Shown here: positions 44,591-56,800 of the stretch, piece by piece
How positions within the stretch are numbered: position 1 is the first letter of the stretch
Layout of the letters: every line of letters begins with the position of its first letter
Assembly: GCA_964035545.1 (NCBI GenBank)
Contig: OZ037766.1
Span: 6,686,722-6,750,721 of the forward strand
Direction: 5' to 3'
DNA length: 64,000 nucleotides
Source: Bugula neritina
Taxonomy: Eukaryota; Animalia; Bryozoa
Made by a program: the position numbers and the translations under genes
Notes under the pieces: model-generated
Databases searched by the model: none
What the model saw: only the letters and a program-made list of their open reading frames with translations
What the model was told of the DNA's origin: nothing

Positions 44591-47500
44591 GGGGGTGTAT
44601 ACAGATTGCTTTCTCATCAGGGTCTTTACGTTTATAATCATTGAGCAGTATCACCTGGTGTGTCGGCCCTATATACATAATACGGAAAGTGACTAGTAGT
44701 AGCCATGCTGTTCATGTCAACACAATAATATTTCCTTCAGCCTGTATTGAATTATTTACTTTACGATAGTCTATCATATGCGTACAAGACTTATATCTGA
44801 GTATATAGTATTAGAGTGTACATTATATGCAATAGTCAGCACGTAAACTCATGTCTTCACAAAGAATTACTTCTGTGAAATAATTTTACACATTTTAAAA
44901 TGTTGGTTTTTCCCCTCTTATTTTCAACTTCATTTTTATGACTACACTTGGAAATGTAAACTTGTTTTAAGTGCTCACTTGGATTGAATGATTCGCTTTT
45001 ACCTATCGCTGTTCTCCTGCTAATATTCTAATTATTTGATGAGCTTTTTCAGAATTGTAGCATTTTCAATTTTTTTGAAAATTTGTTTTTCTTCTAAACA
45101 AAAAATTCCTTCTTGCTTAGTCATTTTTAAGTCATCAAAAATATTTCGTTGCTGTTAGACTTAAAATTGCTAGAGTACATATTTGCTGCTAAGCTGCTCA
45201 AAAAAAAGATGTTTACTTTCACTTTTGGATGATCTCATCTTAGCCTTAGGTTCCATTATTATATAGTTTAGAACTTCTGTCAGCATATTCTATGCATTTT
45301 TAAAGTTCTCTACCTAACCTGTCTGCTAGCGGATCGCCCAGTGGTTAGGTATTACAATGGTGTTGAGTGAGATTGTGATAATAAACTTTGCTATGAAAAC
45401 ATTCAGTAGTTCTAATTAACTCTTTAGCTGTTAGCAACTGCATTATATGCAAAAATGCTGCATTTCTATTAAAGTTCTAGCTGGCAACAAAGATCTGATG
45501 CGCATACAAAATTACAAATTTAGCAGCAATAAAAATGAGGAAATAACTCCAACTATATAAATAATCCCATCAACTCATCTTTGTACAGTAAGTAGCTGCT
45601 TCATGGCTTGTCCCATCATTTAGCTACAACAATACAATAACATTTTTTCTTACTATAACAATTTAAAAGTGTTAAGTTGAGTCACTTACAGCCACTTAGG
45701 AAGTTGTGAGTTTCACATAATCATGATAAGAATGCTCGAGTTTCCTTGAAAATATTATAACTCAGTATAACTTAAAATACGGATTTTCACAGCAGCATAA
45801 AAATAGTTTTGCTGTAGCATATTATGTCTGTAATTACACATTTAGTTGAGTTAACATTTGTTGTGGTGTAATTTGGTGAAGAAATATATTTTTATGGCAA
45901 CTAATGTTTTTATCAAAGCATATATATTTAAATGGCAAATTTATTTCTCCAAAGGGTATTAGACACTCATAGATCTAGTTACAAGCCTTGCACAATGCCA
46001 ATATTGCATGCATGCGTAATCGTCTTCTCTTCCCATGGGTCAGTGAGCATAACGTATGTATATAGCTCTGAGCACCCATAAATTATAATTAATAAGCTTT
46101 TAAATTAAGACTGTAAACAATATTTTACACTAATTTATTTGGTTTATTTTAACAAATAAATTACCGTGGAAAATTCCGTGCTACCGTTATACTCGTATTA
46201 GCTCATAAACACAACAGCATGTGGAGCTATATGGTTATGCTTTTTTCACAATAATACATTGATGGCTAGATACATGCGTGAAATCTTGCATAACACACGG
46301 TTTACATTGACTATAGGAAAGAGGAGAGAATATGATTCAAGTTCAATATGGTTTTCTGTATCACTGGAATATACAAGGCACTATTAACTGTCATTTTCAT
46401 TCTATGGAGTGCATCGAGCAAGTATGTTTAGTTATAACAAGCAGTTGACTGTGTGGTCAGGCTGTCTTTGTGTATTTGTGTTTTGCTCACTGAGTAAAAT
46501 ATATAAGATTGTGTTTTTCAAAATTTGGATGCATTATTTCCACACAAGCAAGCACAAAATGTTTATACCTAGTTTGGGTTAGCAATTTTTAGCTTAGCAT
46601 TTAAATTTGGAACACTAAATTGCTTTTTACAAAAACAAACAACTTCTGATACTGGAAATACTACTAAGGACTCACTTCAAGATTTATCAACACTTCAGTG
46701 TATGTTTCTTATTCAATAACAATATTAAGTTATATGAACATTTGTCAATTATGTGTGTATATATTACATCATGTGTGAAAAATATTTTATATGTCTTAGA
46801 ATCAGACAGTTTGAATGAAGTTGAGGCTGCTAGCAATCACTGAAAGAGCATAATGAATATATCATGAAACCATATTTGGAATATTTTAAAATATCTATAA
46901 TATTTTAATTCAAGTATACCATACTTTTGGGTTCTAGTCTCTAGAATTCATAGAATCTAGATTCTTCACACCTGCCAAATCCTCATTTATTCACTATATT
47001 TTATTATATGTGTTCTGTAGCTAATGATTGTATAACCTGAAACCATAAAATAGCAGTGCACTATCTCTTAGTCTTAATTTCAAGATACAGTTTTTCATTC
47101 AATAATTTGCAACAGAATTTTACGACACTTGGAACAGGAAGAGCTTGCAGGTCAAAATTACAGCTACTAGTCTATCACAAATAACTATAGTCAATAAACA
47201 TTCAGGCAAACTAACTAAAAGAAAGTTTACACATAGACCTACTTGTTCCTTTTACTCTAGCTTAAATGATCAGAAAGGCTGCCTTAAATGTTTTAATCAT
47301 TCTAACGTTACCCTGGTTTTATATCAAAGTTTACTTGTATATGGATCATTTTTGATTTAGAATTTATGACCAGGTTAGCCTGTATTTGTGTTCAACTATG
47401 ACTTCAGCTTCAACATCTGCTAATTTGCTATTATTTGCTTTGAAATTATATATAACTCATTCAAGAAATATTATTAAAATTTTTTCATCTTGCAATTATA

Positions 47501-48100
47501 CAAATGCAATAAAAGTAACTCCTATACTTTTATACTTTCAGTCAAAACTTCAGTTTGTTTATACCTCAACAGCCTGGTGCTAAAGAAATGTTTTCAATAC
47601 TATATATGACTTTTTTGTTTCCAATAGTATCATGGCTATAGTTTAAATGTAGCGAGGAGGGGGCGGGGCTGGGCGGAGAAGTTTTGATTAAATGCCTCTC
47701 CTGATGTCACCAATGACTCTTATATAGGTTTCAAACCACACATGTCTAGCAGGCCTACTGAGTTTGCCATACTACACAAATGGTGTTTTAAAACTATTCC
47801 TAATATTACATGTTAATAGTCATTACCAGTAAGTTACCATGTCTAAAGTATCTCATTTACATAAATGTAGCAGTAGACTGGTAACTATTAAGTACAAAAC
47901 CTACTAAACTTGACTTGAAGTTGACAATCATGATACTTTCATAATTTATGTCTTTACTTATCATGATACAGAGGCATCATCAACTAAACCAAGTACGTGA
48001 TAATGTTGAGATAGGGAATTAATCAGATTAGTGCAACTCTTCGCTTTTAATGAAGCATTTAATACTTTTGATATAATGCTGTTTTTCTATCTTTCTGTAG

Positions 48101-49307
48101 GTCAACTGAAAATTCAACATGTTTGCACGCCTATGAAAATATCACAGTTTCACCTTTACTAAATGTGACCACAGAAGATGATGAACTCGAATGGCCATGT
48201 GAGTTGAGACAGTACCAGGCCAGTCTGCATGACTTAGAGTTGCTAGTTGAGTACCTACTGAGTTATGGTACAGCTGCTATTGTAGCTATTGGTCTACTCC
48301 TCAACATTCTCTCTATCAGCATACTCAGATCCCAGACTATCAAAGTTGCCCACAAGTCTACAAACATGTATCTTATAGCCTTGGCTACTTACGATTCCTG
48401 TGTGCTCATATTCAACTTTATGGTTGGTGTTCTAAGAGCCCAGTATCCATCGACTATTAACAAGGCGTTCCAAGATAATGAGTGGCTTTGCCTGATTCAC
48501 TCAGTGATAGTAGAACTCTTTACTCTCCTCAGTGTCTGGATGATAATCTGCTTCACGACAGAACGACTTATTGTTGTCTATCGTCCTCTCAGAGCTCATA
48601 AGTACTGCAGTGTGAGACGAACGAGACTCGTCATCATTATTACATCTTTTCTCGTACTACTTCTATCTTGTCATAAAGTATTTGTGTCTGGCTTTGAAGG
48701 TGATTCCGTGTTTGGATATAAAGCTTGTTTAACCAACAGGATACAGTTTTCTAAGATCATTTATTTCTACATAGCCTTCAACACTTGTTTACCCTCTCTC
48801 ATCATTTTGCTTCTTAATGCGTTGATTGGTATAAAGTTGAGCTTGGCTAGCAAGAGAAGAGCATCCCTTAAAGAAACAGTCTCTCGGAGCTACACCAAGA
48901 GTCAAGATCATCACATTACCAAGACTTTACTGCTGATATCTATAACCTATGTGCTGCTCTTACTACCTTTTGGAGTGATGCAAATGGTTGAATTGTGGGT
49001 AAAAACAGTACGCCATACACACCCTTCTCAAAACTTCCACGAGCAACAAAGTTACATCTCGTACAAAAAGCTTAGTATCTTACTCAAAAAAATTAGGGCT
49101 CTTTTTTTCTTTTTTTACCAATTAAATTTTGGAATAAATTTTTTTGTATACATTTGCAATAGTGAAAAATTTCGTAAGGTTAACAAGAATTTTCCTGGCA
49201 TGTTTTGCAAAAAACGAGTTACCATTTCACTCGCATCAAGTCAAAATGAGTCTGGAGCCAAAGCCAATGAAATGCTTGGACACGGTGCAATGCAGTATTG
49301 CGGATAG
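48101..49307 (+). CDS. Rhodopsin-like (class A) GPCR, FMRFamide/sex-peptide/myosuppressin receptor-like; start codon not resolved
   Basis: Seven hydrophobic segments; STNMYLIALATYD (TM2), FTTERLIVVYRPL (DRY-equivalent), YVLLLLP (TM6), NFGINFFVY (NFxxY variant of NPxxY typical of this subfamily). N-terminal sequons NST/NIT/NVT. The frame is open back to the acceptor ctttctgtag at 48100. Confidence 0.9.

Positions 49308-49400
<93 letters not shown>
49308..49400. repeat. (TA)n microsatellite directly after the GPCR stop codon
   Basis: About 90 bp of pure TA. Confidence 0.97.
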
Positions 49401-49403
<3 letters not shown>

Positions 49404-49463
49404 AAGTGAGAGTATATAAAGCGTTACAAGAGTGCTCTATAGAAATAAATCTAGAGCATAAAC

Positions 49464-49599
49464 ATTAGAAGAAATGAAATGAGATTTGATTAATATAATG
49501 ACATTTATTACTAATAGTTTTGTACACAAGATCTTGTGTACGAAACTATTGGTAATAAATGTCATTATATTAATCAAATCTCATTTCATTTTTTCTAAT
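49464..49599. repeat. 136-bp near-perfect palindrome
   Basis: Two 68-bp arms centred on AGATCT (centre 49531/49532) with 3 mismatches. Confidence 0.95.
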
Positions 49600-50814
49600 A
49601 TATATATATATATATATATAATGTAAGTTTTGTATTGTAGTAATAATACAATTTTGTATCATGACTTCTTTAATAATTATTTGAATCAATACACTCTATA
49701 ATACAAGTAGATATGAGCTGACAAGCACTTTGTATTTTTCAAAATTAAATTAGTTTTGATTAAATGTTAGCTTAAATACAATTTGGCATACCTTGGTAAA
49801 CTGTTAAAAGAATTTTCCTGCACCGGTTTCATTAAAATGTTGTTGAAAACTTATTAATTTTAGTTTGTCTATATGTTTAGACTTTAGAACATTATGTGAT
49901 GATTATTATGTGAATTCCATCCAATATAAAAATTAAAAAGGGCAAATTTCATATTTCTGCTAACTTCATTGCATGTTAGTCTTAGCTGCTGCTACACATA
50001 GCTGATCTGGCTTAAAGTTCAACATATTAATTAATATTTATGTATAGTAGTATAGCTATAGTAGAGAGTTTATCTACCAGTTCGAATGCTAACATAATGT
50101 TTTAACACATCCCAATATACCCTAATCTACATCAAATTTTATAACACTTTTATAGAGTATTTTACAAAGCCTGCCAATTAGAATTGGTTTTATATATATG
50201 TAGTCTAGAAACTACAAAGAAATGATTATAATTCTTGTGTATGTTTGCGGTAATAGTTTATAATAGACACTGGGTTAAAATGAGCAAATATATTCATAGT
50301 GAATTAATATATAGGCCTACTTGCCTTTTCAGGAATAAGCAAAATGAATGCATTTCTACAATTCTTATGTTTCAGTGAGAGTTTCCTGTGAAAAATAAGA
50401 CACTTTCTCAGCATCATTGTTTTGTAATTTTGCATTTTTTCAGCATCTTGTAATACAACAGACATTTCCAGAAGATAGTTGACATGACAAGTTACTAAAA
50501 CACTGAAATAGATATACTTCGTTAGATTGTTATTTTAATTGTGATTATCAAAAGCAATTAATTTGTCTTCTTGGCAGAATATATCTGCCTCAATACTTTT
50601 CAACACAACAAGTCTGATGAGAAAAATACCATCAACATGCTCATTTACACACGTGAAGAACAAAGCATAACAAGTGTTAACTATTCTAAAAAACAAGTGA
50701 AAATTACATCCATGTACAACATTCATAATAAATAAAAATTATTAAAATTAATTTATAATTTAATAGCTATTCACAGAGATATAGTTAGCTAAAACCTGAG
50801 TGTATATTATAGAC

Positions 50815-53800
50815 CTATAGAGTCGTAAGAGTAGCATTATGTGGAGCAGATGTGTTGTGGAGTCTTAACCTGACGTTAACTGAACTCTCTATTTCTTTGA
50901 CAAGGGCGAATGGATCAGAATTCACATTGAAGAACTGCAAAAAAAAACCACGCCAAGTACTAAGTAGCATAACACTTTATATTGTGTGTGTGTGCGCGAG
51001 TGTGTGTGCTGTGTTGTATGGTGTGTTGCATGGTGTGTTGTATGGTGTGTTGTATAGTGTGCGTTGTATAGTGTGTGTGTTGTGTGTTGTATAGTGTGTT
51101 GTATAGTGTGCGTTGTATAGTGTGTTGTATGGTGTGTTGTATGGTGTGTTGTATAGTGTGTGTTGTATGGTGCGTTGTATAGTGTGTGTGTGTGTGAGTG
51201 TGTTGTATGGTGTATGTTGTATGGTGTGTTGTATAGTGTGTTGTATAGTGCGTTGTATAGTGTGCGTTGTATAGTGTGTGTTGTATGGTGCGTTGTATAG
51301 TGTGTTGTATAGTGTGCGTTGTATAGTGCGTTGTATAGTGTGTTGTATAGTGTGCGTTGTATAGTGTGTGTGTTGTATAGTGTGTTGTATAGTGTGCGTT
51401 GTATAGTGTGCGTTGTATGGTGTATGTTGTATGGTGTGTTGTATAGTGTGTTGTATAGTGTGCGTTGTATAGTGTGCGTTGTATAGTGTGCGTTGTATAG
51501 TGTGTTGTATAGTGTGCGTTGTATAGTGTGTTGTATAGTGTGTTGTATAGTGTGCGTTGTATAGTGTGTTGTATAGTGTGCGTTGTATGGTGTGTTGTAT
51601 AGTGTTTTGTATAGTGTGTTGTATAGTGTGTGTTGTATAGTGTGCGTTGTATAGTGTGTTGTATAGTGTGCGTTGTATAGTGTGCGTGCGAATATAACTA
51701 ACACTCACTGTGAACATTTCCAAAGCACTAATATCAGATCTCAACTCTGCCAGCCGGCCTCGACTGATGACTCTGGTGAAGGCAGGAATTGCATTAGAAG
51801 GCATGTAGAACATGTCCTGTAGAATAACACAGAATACAACTATGAAGAAGTGGCCCATACATGATGCTGGACCACAAAAACTGTTCATTATTTTGTAACT
51901 AACTTTATACACCGATCGCAGAGAACTATTAAAATGAGAGCTTCACAAATTCTATTAATAGATGTAAAGGTTATAGCAAACCCATATAGCAGCAGCAATC
52001 AATGCTTCATTTTACCTGTTGAGCTAAGGGCTTTACAGCAAATGTAATAAGTTACCAACCTATATACTCAACGCTACAATACATCCCTGAATATTACTCA
52101 GCTTAGTAATCATGTGACATGTATATAAAGAACAGACTTACCTTCGCTGTATCCGCTAGGGGTGGTAGAGCCATCGCCATTGTAAATGAATACAGCTTCT
52201 TATCATCTATAAAGGCTAAAATAAAAAGCATTGCACATGCACTGCTTGCAGAATACCGTACAACCATTGTGTTTATACACATCTTTAACTTAGATTTAAA
52301 GCATAATATGGGTAAAAGATGTTTCATCGCAAGCTGACGCGTGCTCTAGCAGTTTATGCTACGACATCATACATAAGCTAGAATTTGCAACAGTAACAAC
52401 ATAATAACTCTCACTCTAATAACCAGTTTCTATTTAATTTATAATTATTAATTATTTTTATACTAATTTATCCAAAAAATAGTTTGTTAGGGTAGAAAAC
52501 ATCTAATCCCAAAGTAGATCAAAGACAGCATATAAAACACTCACTTCTAAGTACGGCATAGAGTAACTGTAGGTAGTCTTTATTCATTTCTTTAGCCATA
52601 ACCACTACTTCATTTTCTTTCTTGGGAGTCTATAAACATGACTTGAAGAATACAGTATAATGGAAATATTGTACATTGAGTAAGCATAATTTAAAATAAA
52701 AACTAATATACTCCAGCATGAAAAAATAAACTTGTAAAATAATTATAACTCTATTGCTTTGCAGTAAACTAAAACCTCTTTCTAACATACACAGTAGTAG
52801 TTGAAAATAGCATCATCAGTTAGCAAGTCACTTACTAGCGTTGCTATGGCTACAGCAGACCCATGCCTGACTGTTAGACCCAGCATGTCGTGAACAGATA
52901 TAAAATCTGTAAAGAAATTTCTACCATGATCTTTGTGGTAGTCAAAAGCAGCTCTTCTCCAGTTTTCTACGACGCCTAAAATATTGATATAATATGATGA
53001 TTACACCTAGAAAACAATGCAAAGTTCCAAAACTAAAAAGATAGGTTCTATTTCTGATATAATGAATCCGCTTAAATTGGACTGAAAATCTGAAATCTTA
53101 TTAAAAACTTGCAAACTAAGCCCAAAGCAGAATAAACACAGTTACCATTTCACAATAAGGAGACATTAAATAACAACGAGGTAAAAGAAGGCATCTAGTA
53201 TAAATTAAAGGTTATGGATTTAGTTTGTTAAAAATAAATAACTGCTGTTAGTTTAAAAGGTTTAATTTCATTGAGTGGGTTAGTAAGAATAGATCTGGAT
53301 TAGGCAAAGGGTTAGGGCTGCTAAGTGGTGAATATACTAGCATACTACTGGTTTACTACTAGAAGCAGGTCGCACAGAAGCATTACATGCAGTCAGTGTT
53401 TGAGGATTTTGAAAAGCTCCATAACAAAATAATATCTTCACTCATGATTGTGAGCTATCAGTGAGTTGGAAACATATCAAAGCAATATAGTAACAGCACA
53501 CTCATTACCTGGATATCGGTCTGGGGTCAACATAACCTGAAGATGGGGGTGGTATTGACTGGCCCCACCAGGTGGCAACAAATCCCAGTCTATTACGGGA
53601 AACACATACGAAGGTTGCTTATGAAACTGCTTTTCAAGCCTGAAATATGTAACATCCAAATCTACCGTGCAAATTCAGGAAGCAATTGCGCCAATGTGTC
53701 GAGACCAACTAACAATGTTGAGTAAAAACTTTGTTGTCAAAATATTTCAACAACTGGGTCTGTTTGCTACATGATTTTGCGACAAAAGTGACAAAAAATC

Positions 53801-56800
53801 AGAACACTATTGCTCACAGGGAGATACCTAATGTCAAAATATAATATAGTGAACAAATACACTCTTCTAGCTTTAATTATACAGGCACATTGCAGAAAAA
53901 TACAACCTGTTTCAACTTTTAACACTGGAATTAATAGTTATTAGGGCTAGAACTTTAAAATTGCAATGGTTATGAGCACAAAGAAACAGCGGCATGGTAG
54001 TAAACGCAGTGTTTGACTGCATCGCAGGTTAAATGTTCAAATAAAAAAGGTTAACTTTTAGTACATGACCATTTAAAGCTAGTGATGGAATTTACCACAG
54101 CTATTGCAGGACAGTACGAAACATATCAGCTAGCTTCAACTTTATATCAGGACGAGCAACTAAAATGATAGTTATCAGCTAAATATAATTTATGGGTTGT
54201 GTGCTCAAGCCATTTGGCTATAGTGCACGCCTGCTGGTGGCCCAAACAAAAAAAATAACAAAAAAGCAAAGCTGACATTTTAGCTGACTATATTTATGAA
54301 ACGTGTGGACTGTTGGAAGCCAGCAAACTGAAAGCTGCTCCCAAGTCAGGATGAACATAGAGAAGTATAGACAGACAACCAGACACTGCTAGGAAGATTG
54401 TGGAACAATTATTGTCCCCAGGCTATGGTGAATAAGGGAGAGGGGCAAGAGATAGCGCCCCTTACTTGGACACAGTAACCAATAAAAGAACAAATAGTCT
54501 GATGATAGATAGAAGGTGTAAACTTTACTACTGCCACAATAATGGAGTAGGACTTTGCCTGAGCAGCTATTGGTAGGATAGAGAGATAGATGTGCAGAGA
54601 GGATCAGACAGAATAGTGACAGTGAAGGTAGACAGTAAAACGGAAAACACAGGAAAACATGAGTTCTGGATTCAGCTTGAAGAGTGATCAGTAGGATTCC
54701 AGGGTCAGAAGATGTGTTGGTTGCAGGAGATCTGAATGGTGATATTGGAGAAGATAGGACAGGGTATAAATGATGGCATGAAGGAGAGGCAATAGCAAGG
54801 AGAGGATATCCTTGACCTAGCCTGGCACCAGCCAATACTTGATTCAAGGAGGGGGGGGGGCACTTGATACAGAAGCGGAAGGTATTTTTTGTGATTGACT
54901 TCACTCTAGTGCAGAGATCCCAGTTGAGTGAAAAACTTCAAGGAAATACCTGGAGAATATTCAGCTGCGGAGCATAGAAGTATGATAGCAGACACGGATA
55001 AAGAAAGAAGAGAGGATGGAAAGATTAGACGGTGGAACATGAAACTGTGATTGAGCTGATAGAAATGGTAGAGAATGAGGAGGGCTGTATGGCTAACACT
55101 GTGAGGGTGCGCCAAGAGAGCTAAAAACGAATTGGGAGTTTCAACAGTTGAGAAATATATAGAAGGAATTTTACAGCTTTATGGCAAGAAAAAAGAACGA
55201 ATTCAAAAGATGGAAAACATCTAGGTGTGAAGATGAAGAACAGAACACAAAAAAAGAGCATAGAGAGAGAAGGACAAACAGCAAAGGCCAAAGAGAAGCT
55301 AGTTGAACATCTCATTCATAATGAGTTTCTCCTGCACCAGCATTATCAAGGGCTGCCAAAATAAGCTATAAACTCAATTTGCTTGAAAATACAACTCCAA
55401 AGTTGTATTTCAGCTGTAACATTAATATGTATATTATGAATGGATGTACATCACAACAACTTGAAGCTGGGTGTTTTCTTGGCAGGTTTTTTAACAGTCG
55501 TCGTTTAGCATAAGAAGTTGCTAACCCACAGAATAAACCAAACTCAAACACCAAACTGCAAATCATAAACTCCTGTTTAATTTACCTCTATGCATCTAAC
55601 AGGCTCTTTGATGACCAAAAATCTGGAAAGATTTAATCTATACTATGGTCTTTTTGGTAACCCTTATGTGGAATAAACTAAACACACAGGAATAAAGCTG
55701 AGCTGGGAAAGCATTATAAGTAAAGCAACATGCAGGGTTCAGGTTTAAGCCTACCTCAGCCCATAGCAATCATCTGAAAACAACTTGATGCGTATAAAAA
55801 TTAAAAAATATGGAAACCAAGAAGCCAGGCTACCAGGAAGGTTAGCTTAGCAAAACCTATTGCTCTGTGAGAGACGTCCACCAGAACTAGCATATAATTT
55901 GAGAGACTCACCAGAGCTGGGAGAGATTGAACATGTCTATCAACTGAGTTTCGTTCCAAGCCACTGCATCATGTGACTTAGGCATAACCAGCTGGTGAAA
56001 TGCCCTGTATCTGAATGTATTAGCAGCAGTAATACTCAAAGGTGTTTCCATCCGCCCATCAGGGTCTCTAGCTGTGAACCTACAAATACTGCATATTTCT
56101 AGAAATCTATAAAGAAAAAACATATATTGGCAAATTCACATTTGGCTTAACTCGAGTTACATGCCGAGAGCTAGAGTGAGAATTCAAAGTGAACAATTAC
56201 TTGCATTGCTAGTAGTTGTCTCACCTTTTAGCATTGCAGAAGTCGCAAGAAGTATTTGTTTGTATATGCAATCTTTTCAACCTAGAAAAGATCACCAAAT
56301 TGATAGGGCACCAAGTATGCTTGAAGTTTCAACTATGAGTAATGAAAGCCAGCACATTATTAGTGTAGGAGTCTGCAATATCTGGAACAAAGTCACTGCC
56401 ACAAGTTCATTGCTTCACAGAGGTTTTTACATAACAGTTTCTGGCTGCATATTCAAAGATTGTCAATGGAAAATCAACTTTCACCATTAGAAGTATATGG
56501 GCTATTGAACAGTTTGGTGAAAACTTTCAACTACCAGCAACTAGCAGTGAACATGTGCAAATAAAAAAAGAAGGGGGGTAACTAACAAAAACTGTAATTA
56601 ATTTTAATGACGCATGAGTGAGCAGCTTAGTTAGTTTAAAATTCCACGAAATGGTAATCAATAAAGCAATGTCTTACAAGCAGCATTCAACAGCTTTACC
56701 AATCGATATGATTACGAAGTACGTGCTTACTCGTCTAACTCGGAAGTTGGTACATCTCCTAGAGGTCGTTTGGCTCTTAGAGGGTTAAACACCGTTTCCT

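Noticed and set aside
50922-51912. 260- and 311-aa His/Thr/Tyr-repeat ORFs
   Set aside because: Read-through of an intronic minisatellite; only 51709-51816 (and the 50922-50934 overlap with the last exon) is real exon.
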